Below are positions 40,021 to 49,900 of a stretch of DNA of 64,000 bases, one piece after another. The notes under the pieces were generated by a model. That model was given only the letters and a program-made list of their open reading frames with translations. It was not told the origin of the DNA and searched no databases. Where the stretch lies: positions 862 through 64,861 of the forward strand of contig ONUE01000001.1 of the NCBI GenBank assembly GCA_900320975.1, written 5' to 3'. Source of the stretch: an uncultured Bacteroidales bacterium (lineage in GTDB: Bacteria; Bacteroidota; Bacteroidia; Bacteroidales; P3). Every line of letters begins with the position of its first letter. Within the stretch, counting starts at the first letter, position 1. The translations under genes were made by a program, and so were the position numbers.

Positions 40021-40129
40021 CCCCCTCCGACCCCTCACCGTCGTTTCTCCGAGGTTTTTCCTACTAAAAACCGTTAAACAGTCGGAGCGGGGACGGAGGG
40101 GGGACGGAGAGGGGACGGAGCGGCAGGGG
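40021..40129 (+). repeat. Intergenic hairpin/G-tract repeat element, copy 2
   Basis: CTCCGACCCCTCACCG...TTCTCCGAGG...CAGTCGGAGCGGGGACGGAGGGGGGACGGAGAGGGGACGGAG. By hand count, 80/96 identical without gaps to the reverse complement of 56869-56964. Four G-runs at 40089-40129. Confidence 0.88.
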
Positions 40130-40141
40130 TGAAAATATTAT

Positions 40142-40172
40142 TTTGTCGGGTTGGAAATTTTTCGTAATTTTG
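40142..40172 (+). promoter_or_regulatory. Predicted aminotransferase promoter (-33 TTTG, -7 TAATTTTG)
   Basis: TTTG at 40142-40145 and TAATTTTG at 40165-40172, 19-nt spacing. ATG at 40194. Confidence 0.6.
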
Positions 40173-40193
40173 CACTTTCAAAACCCAACGATA

Positions 40194-41396
40194 ATGGAAA
40201 TACTTTCTAACAGAATCCTCAATATGGCTGAGAGTGAGACTCTCGCCATGACCGCCAAGGCCCGCGAGCTCAAGGCTCAGGGCAAAGATGTCATCAGCCT
40301 CTCCATCGGCGAGCCCGACTTCAACACCCCCGAGGTGGTGAAGGAGGCCGCCAAGAAGGCCATCGACGACAATTTCACCCACTATCCTCCCGTGCCGGGC
40401 TATCCCGACCTCAAGGAGGCCATCTGCACCAAGCTGAAACGCGACAACGGCCTGGAGTACAAGCCCGAGCAGATTGTCGTCAGCACCGGTGCCAAGCAGA
40501 GCCTGTTTCAGGTGGTGCAGTGCCTCATCAACCCGGGCGACGAGGTGATCATCCCCACCCCCTTCTGGGTCTCCTACAAGGAGTTCGTCCGTCTGGCCGA
40601 GGGTAAGTGCGTCTTCGTGAAGACCAAGCTCGAGAACGACTTCAAGGTCACGCCCGAGCAGCTCGAGGCCGCCATCACGCCCCGCACCAAGCTCATCATG
40701 TTCAGCAGCCCCAGCAACCCCACCGGCATGCTCTACACCAAGGAGGAGCTGAAGGGTATCGCCGAGGTGGTGGCCCGTCATGAGAACATCTTCGTGATGG
40801 CCGACGAGATCTATGAGCACATCAACTTCGTGGGCAAGCACGAGAGCATAGCCCAGTTCCCCGAGGTGAAGGAGCGCGTCATCACCGTCAACGGCGTCGC
40901 CAAGGGCTTTGCCATGACCGGTTGGCGTATCGGCTTCATCGCCGCCCCCACGGTCATCGCCAAGGCCGCCAACAAGTTGCAGGGCCAGGTGACCAGCGCC
41001 ACTTGCTCCATAGCCCAGAAGGCCACCGTCTGTGCCATGCTGATGGACCCCAAGACCTCGAAGGATATCATCGATATGCGCAACATCTTCCAGATGCGCC
41101 GCGACATGGTCTACAAGCTGCTGTGCGACATCCCCGGCCTGAAGGTGCGCCTGCCCCAGGGTGCTTTCTACTTCTTCCCCGACTGCAGCTCCTACTACGG
41201 CAAGAGCTACAACGGCACCAAGATTGAGAACAGCACCGACATGGCCTTCTACCTGCTCAACGAAGCCGGCGTGGCCACCGTGATGGGCTCCGCCTTCGGC
41301 GACGACAGCTGCATCCGCCTCAGCTACGCCACCAGCGAGGACCTCCTCCGCGAAGCCCTCCGCCGCATGAAAGAGGCACTGGCCAAGCTGCAATAA
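40194..41396 (+). CDS. Class I/II PLP-dependent aminotransferase (aspartate aminotransferase-like)
   Basis: 400 aa from MEILSNRILNM. Motifs SLSIGEPDFNTP and the PLP-lysine region VNGVAKGFAMTGWRIG. Confidence 0.9.
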   Translation: MEILSNRILNMAESETLAMTAKARELKAQGKDVISLSIGEPDFNTPEVVKEAAKKAIDDNFTHYPPVPGYPDLKEAICTKLKRDNGLEYKPEQIVVSTGAKQSLFQVVQCLINPGDEVIIPTPFWVSYKEFVRLAEGKCVFVKTKLENDFKVTPEQLEAAITPRTKLIMFSSPSNPTGMLYTKEELKGIAEVVARHENIFVMADEIYEHINFVGKHESIAQFPEVKERVITVNGVAKGFAMTGWRIGFIAAPTVIAKAANKLQGQVTSATCSIAQKATVCAMLMDPKTSKDIIDMRNIFQMRRDMVYKLLCDIPGLKVRLPQGAFYFFPDCSSYYGKSYNGTKIENSTDMAFYLLNEAGVATVMGSAFGDDSCIRLSYATSEDLLREALRRMKEALAKLQ

Positions 41397-41415
41397 ATCA
41401 AACGGCAATAAAGAG

Positions 41416-41445
41416 AAAAGCCCCGATTTCGTCGGGGCTTTTTTT
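41416..41445. terminator. Bidirectional terminator between the aminotransferase gene and the giant-protein operon
   Basis: AAAAGCCCCGA-tttcg-TCGGGGCTTTTTTT between convergent stops (41396 and 41453). Confidence 0.8.
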
Positions 41446-41452
41446 ATGGTAC

Positions 41453-43765
41453 CTATAATATTCGTAGTATAGGAGGGGTGCTCGCGTTGGGCTGTGTCCA
41501 AAGGTAGCCGCCCGATGGGCGGTTCGTGTTGAGCGAGGTGGTGAGGGTAGCGAGGTCCGACTGTCTCATGCTGGTGGTAGTGACGTGTGTCTGGCTGCCG
41601 CCGAAAAGATAGCAGTTGGTGTAAGTGATGCTTTTCGAGGCACCGTAGAATACGCGGCTACTTTCATTGGAGTAGCAGTTCGTGATGGCGCCTCCTGTGA
41701 CTTTGCCTACGAAACCGCCCATGAGGTCGGAGGCGTCGCGGCGGGTTATGAACATGTTGTTGACGAAGCTGTTGGCTATGGTGCCGCCAGTCATGACGGC
41801 CACGAGGCCACCAACGATGCTGGAAGTGCCGTTGTGGGTGAGGATAGCCATGGCATCGCTGCTGTTCACGTAGCAGTTGATGATGATGCCCGCCGAGCTG
41901 TCGGCTATGGAGCCCAGGGATGTGCCTTGCAGCGAGGACTCACTCCAGCAGTAGTTGATTTTGCCGGTGGCGGCGTTGGTGTGTACGATGCCACCCACGC
42001 TGCCGCTGCAGAGGATGCTCGCGGTGCTGCTTATGTAGCAGCGGTCCACGGTGCCTTCGTTGTTATATACTATGCCGCCCCAGTTCACGGTGCTGGCGGT
42101 GTTGGTGATGCGGCTGGCGAAGTAGCAGTCTTTGACTTTGCCGGAGTTGCCGTTGATGTAGGCTATGCCGGCGGCGTTGGCTGCCGACGGCACCGTCATA
42201 GGCGAGGCCGACATGCATCCTTGTATTGTGCCGGTGTTGTTGTAGCAGATGCCTGCCACGACCTTGCCGTCGAAGAGGGCGGAGAGCGATGCCGAGCAGC
42301 GGCAGCCTTTGACGGTGCCGTTGTTGTTGACGACGATACCCGCCAGGTTGGCCAATCCCGAGGAGATACCTGTGGTCGAGGTGATGGCACAGTCTTCCAA
42401 GGTGCCGCTGTTTCGCAGACAGAGGGGGGAGAAATCGGCACTACCGGAGTGGTTGGTGTTGGATTTGACGGTGAGCCCCTTAACCTCGCCTCCGGAGAGG
42501 ATGCTCTCGAAGAGCGCAATGCTGCTGTTGTTGGTGATGCCCGGCGTGTTGCTGGCGGCAACGCAGGTGAGCTTGCCCACGAAGTTGGCGATACCGCGTG
42601 ACCAGTTTTCGGCATTGAGCACGATGTCGGAGCGCATGATGCGTATGTGGGTGTTAGCGGTGATGGGCTGCCCGTTGATGTAGCGGATGGCGGGCGGTGT
42701 GGCAGCGTTGTAGCAGTCGCGCAGGTACTGCAGGTCCTGGATGGTATAGACCTTGAAGGGGCGTGTGGAGGTGCCGCAGCCCGAGAGGCCTATATTGGTG
42801 GGGGTGGTGTTCCAGGCGTCGATGGAGAGGGCCTGCATATTGGTGATACCGTTGCGGCGTGTGGGTACGCGCATGGTGCGTGTGCAACTGCCGAGGTTGC
42901 TGTTGACGGTCATCTCGAGGGTGTAGGTGGTGGTGACTTCGCGCCCGCCGAGGGCCGGCAGCACGAGGTAGAAGGTCACCAGCGACTTGTCGTTGAAGGT
43001 GGGGCCGTAGTCGGTGAAGTCGAGTGTGACGGTGCGGTTGCTGGAGTTGTCGGTAGCCGCGAGGTAGGGGTTGTTGGTGTTGTAGTCGCGGACGTTAAAG
43101 AGGCCCACAAGCTGTTTGCTGTCGGAGGTGAAGGTGATGTTGTTGATGGTGGCCGCCGCTCCGGTGGAGTTGAAGAGTTGCACGCGCACTATGGCGCCCA
43201 GCGAGTGGAAGTCGAGGTTGAAGGGGGTTTGTTCCCATTCGCCGCCGTACCAGGCCACCATGGGGAACACCTGCTTGTCGAAGGTGCTGTCGTTGCGGTA
43301 GGTCTGGTTGGCAGGCAGGTAGATGGAGGAGGTGAAGGAGGTACCGCCGGCAGAGGCTATGACGTTGTTCCTGCTGCAGGGGTGCAGGCCGAGGAAGTAC
43401 TTGGAGTCTTCCGGCAGGGTGGTGAGGAAGACGCCATTGTAGTCGGCGAAGTCGTCGCCAGGGTCCATGGCGCCGTTGTAGTGGAGCCATGCCACATACT
43501 TCTCGCTGCTGTTGCTGGTGTTGCTGCCTATGCTGATGGAGTCGTCGTATTCCCATATGATGGCACGCTCGTTCTGGAGAAATACTTTGCTGTTCTCTCC
43601 CGCGTCATTGGCCAGGCGCTCGGTGGTGGCTGTGAACTGGAAAGTGGTGTCGCTAAACACTTTCTCTTTGCGACAGGCTGTGACCATCAAGGCCATGCAT
43701 GCCGCTATGACGACGGCGATGTGGCAGGGCCGCAGGTGGCTGTATGGATGTTTCATTATTCCCAT
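41453..43765 (-). CDS. Lipoprotein with a fimbrillin-like N-terminal domain and a GLUG-type repeat C-terminal half (gene D)
   Basis: 770 aa. Lipobox LMVTAC. After ~aa 330, GTSTRPFKVYTIQDLQYL is followed by repeats of the form GG(I/L/F)V....G.(I/V).(N/D/R)CY (GGIVYNNEGTVDRCY, GGIVHTNAATGKINYCW, GGLVAVMTGGTIANSF, GGFVGKVTGGAITNCY). An alternative start at 43756 gives a TAATG overlap with gene C. Confidence 0.8.
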   Translation of the reverse strand: MGIMKHPYSHLRPCHIAVVIAACMALMVTACRKEKVFSDTTFQFTATTERLANDAGENSKVFLQNERAIIWEYDDSISIGSNTSNSSEKYVAWLHYNGAMDPGDDFADYNGVFLTTLPEDSKYFLGLHPCSRNNVIASAGGTSFTSSIYLPANQTYRNDSTFDKQVFPMVAWYGGEWEQTPFNLDFHSLGAIVRVQLFNSTGAAATINNITFTSDSKQLVGLFNVRDYNTNNPYLAATDNSSNRTVTLDFTDYGPTFNDKSLVTFYLVLPALGGREVTTTYTLEMTVNSNLGSCTRTMRVPTRRNGITNMQALSIDAWNTTPTNIGLSGCGTSTRPFKVYTIQDLQYLRDCYNAATPPAIRYINGQPITANTHIRIMRSDIVLNAENWSRGIANFVGKLTCVAASNTPGITNNSSIALFESILSGGEVKGLTVKSNTNHSGSADFSPLCLRNSGTLEDCAITSTTGISSGLANLAGIVVNNNGTVKGCRCSASLSALFDGKVVAGICYNNTGTIQGCMSASPMTVPSAANAAGIAYINGNSGKVKDCYFASRITNTASTVNWGGIVYNNEGTVDRCYISSTASILCSGSVGGIVHTNAATGKINYCWSESSLQGTSLGSIADSSAGIIINCYVNSSDAMAILTHNGTSSIVGGLVAVMTGGTIANSFVNNMFITRRDASDLMGGFVGKVTGGAITNCYSNESSRVFYGASKSITYTNCYLFGGSQTHVTTTSMRQSDLATLTTSLNTNRPSGGYLWTQPNASTPPILRIL

Positions 43766-43953
43766 AATCCAATCTGGTATTCACCGCTGTTGTCGGTGTA
43801 TTCTGTTACCTCTTCCGACGCGCGCAGGGTGCGGTGGTCGGTTTGTCCCTCGATGAGCACATAGTCCTTGTCAAGGGCTATGGTCACACTGTAGCCTTTC
43901 TCCGGTGCGTAGCGGTAGACTTCAAGGGCCGGTTTTATGTATTGTTTCTTCAC
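43756..43953 (-). CDS. 65-aa acidic hypothetical protein (gene C), coupled between genes B and D
   Basis: GTG start overlaps the gene B stop (GTGA). Its TAA stop overlaps an ATG of gene D (TAATG). Third-position GC-rich codons resemble the neighbouring genes. No signal peptide, no Cys, no internal Met. Confidence 0.55.
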   Translation of the reverse strand: MKKQYIKPALEVYRYAPEKGYSVTIALDKDYVLIEGQTDHRTLRASEEVTEYTDNSGEYQIGLWE

Positions 43954-46900
43954 TGCTTGATTAGTTTTTGTATTGTCACGTTGTCCCCCGCATGGATGCG
44001 CAGGTAGTAGATGCCTGTGGAGCGGTTGGCGACGTTAATGGTTATGGTTTCGTTGCCGTTGGCGTCGTAGTCCTCAAGTTTGCGGCCCTCGTTGTCGTAG
44101 AGTTCCACATGCTGCAGGCTGGCGGCCTCGATAGTGACATAGTTGAGCGTCGGGTTGGGGTAGGCTCTGATGTCGCTCGGCGAGGTGCTGGCGGGCTCGG
44201 GCTGGTTGACGATGGTGTCGTGGAAGATGAGGGTGAGCGACACTATGCTGTCGCAGCCGTAGACGCTCTGGACGGTGTCGGTAAGCACGATGGTGACTTG
44301 GCCGAGGCTGTCGAGGTTGTTGCGCAGCAGCTCGCTCTCTTCCTGGCTCATGGTGAAGCCGTAGCCTTCGTAGGCCTCGCCAAGGATGGTGCTGTCGGAG
44401 AGGTTGACCACGCTGCCGTAGTGCAGCACGAAGCGTATGTGCATAGTGCTGTCGATCATCTCCACGTTGTCGATGACGCGGCGCGAGATGGTGTCACCGT
44501 CGTTATAGGCTATGCCTTCCCACTCGACGCTGTCGCAGCCGTAGACGGTCATGCTGTCGCGCACCGGTATCATGTCGGGCGTGCCGTAGATGGGATAGCC
44601 GTTGTTGACGGTCTCGAGGTCGCTGCGCCAGGTCTTGTAGTTGCCACCCTGGGCGTTCTGCTGGCGTACCCAGGCATTGAGGACGCGGGTCAGGTTGTTG
44701 ACGCCGCCCACGGGGTTACTGATGGACACTTGGTTGCCCTTGCCCTTGAAGGTGGCGGTATTGGTGAGGGAGGTGCTGCCCGTAGTGTTGCCGACGGCCT
44801 GCTTTGAAGCGTCTTCGGCGTAGTAGTTGCGGTCGGCCTTGGCGTTGTTGGCCATGGTGGCGGCCACACCGCCGGCGTTGTTCTCGCCGATGACTTCACC
44901 GTATACATAGTTGTTCTCCAACACGGTGTTCTGGGCATAGCCTACCAAGCCGCCCACGCGGTTGGAGTGGCCGTTGCTTACCAGCATGACGTAGTTGTTG
45001 GCAATGTGCGAGGGTTTGCCGGCGGCTTTGCTCTTCGAGCCGAAGAGGCGCTTCAGACCACTGAAGGCTTTTTGGTTGTCGTCGCCGGTGCTGTAACCCA
45101 CCAGACCGCCGACATAGATGCCGTTCATGCGGTTGTCGTTGCGCGCCACGCTGTTGTGCAACGTGTCGGCATTGCCGTAGCCTATCATACCGCCACTGTA
45201 GACGGCATCGCCAATATACTTGGCATACGACGTGGAGTTGGTTATCTTGTCGTTGTTAGACTGGCCGATAAGACCGCCGCTGACATAGTGGGTGGTGAGG
45301 ATGGTGGTGGTGTTAATCAGCGCACCCTCTTCGTTGGTGGTCACGGCCACATTGTCAACCTTGGCATCGCGCGAAGCGGCGGCCAAGGCACCCACATACT
45401 GGGCGCCGCGGGCGAAGACTCCCTGCAGCTCGATGCCGCTGATGCGGGCAGTGTCGAGGTTGCCGAAGAAGCCTGTGTATTCCATCTCGGGCTCGTTGAC
45501 GATGATGTTCTTGACGATGACCTTGTCGTAGATGGTGTCCACGGTGCCAGGCTCCATTCCGTTCGGGTCAAGCACTATTGCGTGTGTTGAGTGGTTCTCG
45601 TAATGGTGCAGAGGTTCGGTATCGGTGTCGCCGCTGCCCACGCCGATGAACCAGCCGCGGAAGGGCTGATGCTCTGTACCGACCGGGGTCCACAGGTAGT
45701 CTTTCATGTTGTAGCCTTCGGCCTTGTCGTGCAGGTATACCTTGTTGAAGTAGAACTGACGTGCCTGTACGCCGTTGAGGCCGTTGACCACACTGATGAA
45801 CCATGCCAAGCCTTCCTCATTATATATATGCACGTCGCCGTGGTAGGAGGTGGCATAGTTAGCACCGGCAGGACGCTGGTAGTAATAGTGGTCGTCGTAT
45901 TCGGCGTGTGCCTCGGCGGTGGTGTGGATATGCTCGTGCCAGTAGCTATTGGGGCCGAAGTAGGCAATGACGTCGGACTCATGCGGCGGCACCACATAGG
46001 CGGCGGGGTTCTTGTAGTAGGGGTCGAAGTCCCACATCAGGAAGTGGGTATTGGGCGTCACGCTGGTGTAGGGCTCGCGGGCCTTGAGGACCACGATGTC
46101 GCCTTCGCAGAAGTAGAGGTTGCTCAGCTCATGACGCTCGCTCTCGCTGACATATTCGTACACATGGTCGTTGTCGTCACCGGCCACCATGGCGGAGATG
46201 GTACCGGAGTTGCGGTCTACCCAGACATAGGGGACGACATGGATGGCCTTGTAGTTGCGGCTACCGTAGGCTATCTTGGCGCGGGCCGTGTCGGTCCAGC
46301 CATCGGTGGGTGTAAGCGACCAGTTGTTAGTGTCGGCTCTCTGCTCCGCAGTGGAAGTGCTGGCGAAGTAGGTGATGGGCGACGGCGTGTTGTCGAAGCT
46401 GCGGTTGATAGTAAGGTTGATGTCTTTGTAGAGGGTGCACTCACCCGTAGCGTCGGTGGCGGTAACGCGGATTGTGTGAGAGAGTTGTGCCTGGTCGGTG
46501 GATAGCTTGATGTAGGGCAGATAGAGCGTGTCGGCAATGGAGGCGAGGTATTTCTCCAGGCGCTGCTCATTGGTGAGGGTGACGTCGAGGAGTTCATTCT
46601 GCACCACTGCGTTGGCATAGGGTGTCTCTGCGGTCCTAAAGGGATCTGTGAAGTCGGGATCAGTCCACGTATAGGTGTAGGGTGCGAAACCACCCTGCAG
46701 GCGGTAGATGATACTGTCGCCGCCCAGCGGGCAGGAGTTCTCTATGTAGCCAAAATGCAGCGGGCTGCTGGACTTGATTTCCTCTGCCGTGAAGTCGGGA
46801 GTGTCGTCGCCATTGGCGTCAATTACGGCCAGCGGGTCGATGGTAGTATGTGTGCCGGAGGCATACCACTGGTGCTTGAAGGTGGCGCAGCGGAAGAGGT

Positions 46901-49900
46901 AGGCATACATGCTGTTGACCTTGGTGTTGTAGAAGATGCGCTCGTTGTCGTCGCTGGTGAAGACACCGTTGTAGACAGCATCGCTGAGGATGGAGTTGTC
47001 GCCGCCCTCGAAGGTGGCGAAGGCCATGGTGTCACGCATGGTGACGCCCGGGAACCACTTGCGCACGCCGATGCTGCTGGTGTTGCTCTGCGTACCGGAC
47101 ACCAGTATAAGGTCGCTCTTCACGTCGCCCATAGTGTCTTTGACGACGTTGCCGGTAGAGGTCTGTGTACGCGTCAGGTAGACGTTGGCCTTGGGCCAGT
47201 CGGCATACTTTGCTGGGTTCACTTCCCAGCGGGTGGCGGTTGCGGGATTATCCGGGTCGGGGTAGTAGGTCCACCAGCGGATGGCCTCTCTCGTGGCAGG
47301 ATCGCTGCTGTGGATGCCGGGGTTCATCAGGTGGTTCTCTGCAATCAGGATGGATGACAGGGGGCTCGACTCTTCAAGCTCCAGGATACCACCGTCGATG
47401 TATATTGTGCCGTTGCCCGGTTTGTGTGCGTCGTAGAGGGGATCTGCTGTGGAGTCGACGGGCATGGTGTGGACGAAGTTGTCCAAGAAGGTCACGTTGT
47501 TCTGCAGCTTGAGGATACCGCCGTTGGTGAGGCTCACGGCACCCATGTCGCGCGGCCGGCTGGAGATGCCGGCGGTGCGCTCCGAGGCACGTACGCCATA
47601 GCCGTTCCAGTTGTGTCTCACCGAGGTACCGTCGCTCAATGTCACGGTGCCGCTATCCATAATCTGCAGGATAGGTGCATAGGCAACATTGGTGTCGGGT
47701 TTGGCAATGCCGACGGCCAGCGGCACATAATACTGTGTGGTGGTCGGAGCGCCAGTAACCTCAGTGTCATTGGTGACTACTGAGCTGTACTGAGGCACAT
47801 CTGCTACGCGTTTGCAGGGCTTGATATGTCCACAGGCACCGCCGTGGAAGGCTATGTTGCGTGCCGAGAAGGTGGCTGAGGAGCCAGCCACCTGCACCAT
47901 CGGGCCGCGGTAGACGCAGCTGTCGCCCGGGAGGTCATGGTGGTGGCCTTCATAGCGTATCACCTCGATGGCAGGTCCTGTGGCGCCCTGGATAAAGACG
48001 TTTTGGCCATTGCCAATCTTCACGGTGTCTATGATACACAGCACGTCGCCCTCCTGGTAGACGCCTGTGGCCAGGGCCTGCTGGAAGTTGTTGACGTAGC
48101 ATCCGGGTGATTTGCCCAGGATGACTTTATCTCTGAGCAATTCTCCAACTTCGGCATGTGTGTATCTATAACTATACTTGTAGGGGAAGACCTTGACGCC
48201 GCCACGCTCCACATAGTCTGGATTCGAGGCTATGTAGATGGTGTCGCCGTGCTCACGTGTCTTCACGTTGACGGTGAGGTTGAATGTGCCGCGCTCTTCG
48301 TCGTTGTGGATGCTCTTGAAGGTCAGCACCACCTTGCCAACGTAGCCCTTGCCATTTATACCGTCGTAGGTACGGTTACCGTCGAAGTTGAGGCTCACGT
48401 TGAGCACCGTCGAGCCACGTCCGTTGAGCGTACCTATCATCAGGCCGTTGGCACCGTAAGGTTGGGTTGCACCGGCGGGGGTGAATCCCGGCAGGCTCTT
48501 CGAGAGCATTGTGTCGGTACTCCAAGTGCCGACGCCCTCAATGACTCCAGTACCTGTGGAGTCAATCAGGCGATAGACATTGATGGTATCCACACGGAGG
48601 CTGTTCCATCCGATAACGGCGTTGAGGTCGGTGGAGATGTTCTCGCCGGGCACTATGCTCATGGCAAAGCGGTTGTGCGAGCTGTGGTCGGTATGGCTTG
48701 TCCACGGCTCGGTAGTGCGTGGGTAGTTGGGATCCGTGCTGGTGACAGCGGTCTCGTCGGGTACCATGTAGAAGTGGTCCGTAGTATAACTAACAGTACT
48801 CGGGTTTATCTCCTCACCATTGCCGGTGGTAGCGTTGGTGGGCACCCACTTGACGGCTGTGAGGTAGAGGTCGCGCTCCTCCATCACTGCCGGCAGCATC
48901 ACCTTACGGGTGAAGGTGTTGGTGCGGCCGTTGTTATATATGGCGATGACGTCCTCTTCCATATCCTTGAAGTCCTCAACAATGGTCGAGATGTATACCT
49001 TCACCTCCACTTTGCCCACTTCGATGTCGCCTGCTGTGCCCTCTGCGCCGGCGGGCTTCATTTCCTTCATCACGAAGGAGACGGTGCCGAGGAAGGCCGA
49101 GGTGAAGTTGGTGTCATAGGTGAGGTAGAAGCGCATCTTGGGGCGTATCTGCGAGCCTTCGGCCACCTGTGGCGAACGGTAGATGCCCGCGGCGTTGACA
49201 TACGAGTTACCCGACACTACCAGACTGGCCGACGGGGTACCCTCGTCAGGATATATTGGTGTAGATGACGGGAATTCACCTGTTGTTGTCACAGGCACCA
49301 TCACCAGGCCGAAGGTGTTTTCTGGCGAGCGCTGTATTTCCGATACGCCGGTCTTCAGGCTCTCCGACGAGAGTGCAGCCTGATCCCACTTGCCGTGGGG
49401 ACCACCGTTGGCGGTCTCATCCTCATATACGTCGGTATTGTTGGCATGGTGAGAGCGTATGGAGTTGTCGCCATTGACGCCGCCGGAATAGCTGGTGAGC
49501 CAAGCCGAGTCCACCAGGTTCAGGGGTGCATTCTCACCCGATATGGAGAAGCCGCTAGTGCCGTCGAGCAGGTAGTAGTTGCCGCCATCGGTAGCCGGCA
49601 GGGTAATCTCGGCTTCGGCAATGGCGAGCTTCAGGGCTCCTTCCTTGAAGAGCACCGCCACATCGCTGTTAGGCAGCGAGTCGGGCACGGTGTGGGCCAG
49701 GATAGTGGTCTCGCGCTTACGTAAGCCGTCACCGGCACGCCACACACGGTAGTTTTTGGAGTTATAGTTGGTAAAGACGTGCTCGGCATCATCATCGGTA
49801 CGGTCACTCCATGTGATGTTGTCAGCAAGACGGTCGTCAGCCACTTTGTTAGAGTCTTGGCAGGTGGCCACGAAGCCGTCGTCGGTACTGTTGTTCTGGA

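Noticed and set aside
38825-41501. 435-aa plus-strand ORF antisense to recA (38825-40132) and 475-aa minus-strand ORF antisense to the aminotransferase (40074-41501). Both read through repeat copy 2.
   Set aside because: They are antisense to unambiguous conserved genes, their composition is an artefact, and they would cross predicted promoters and the repeat element.
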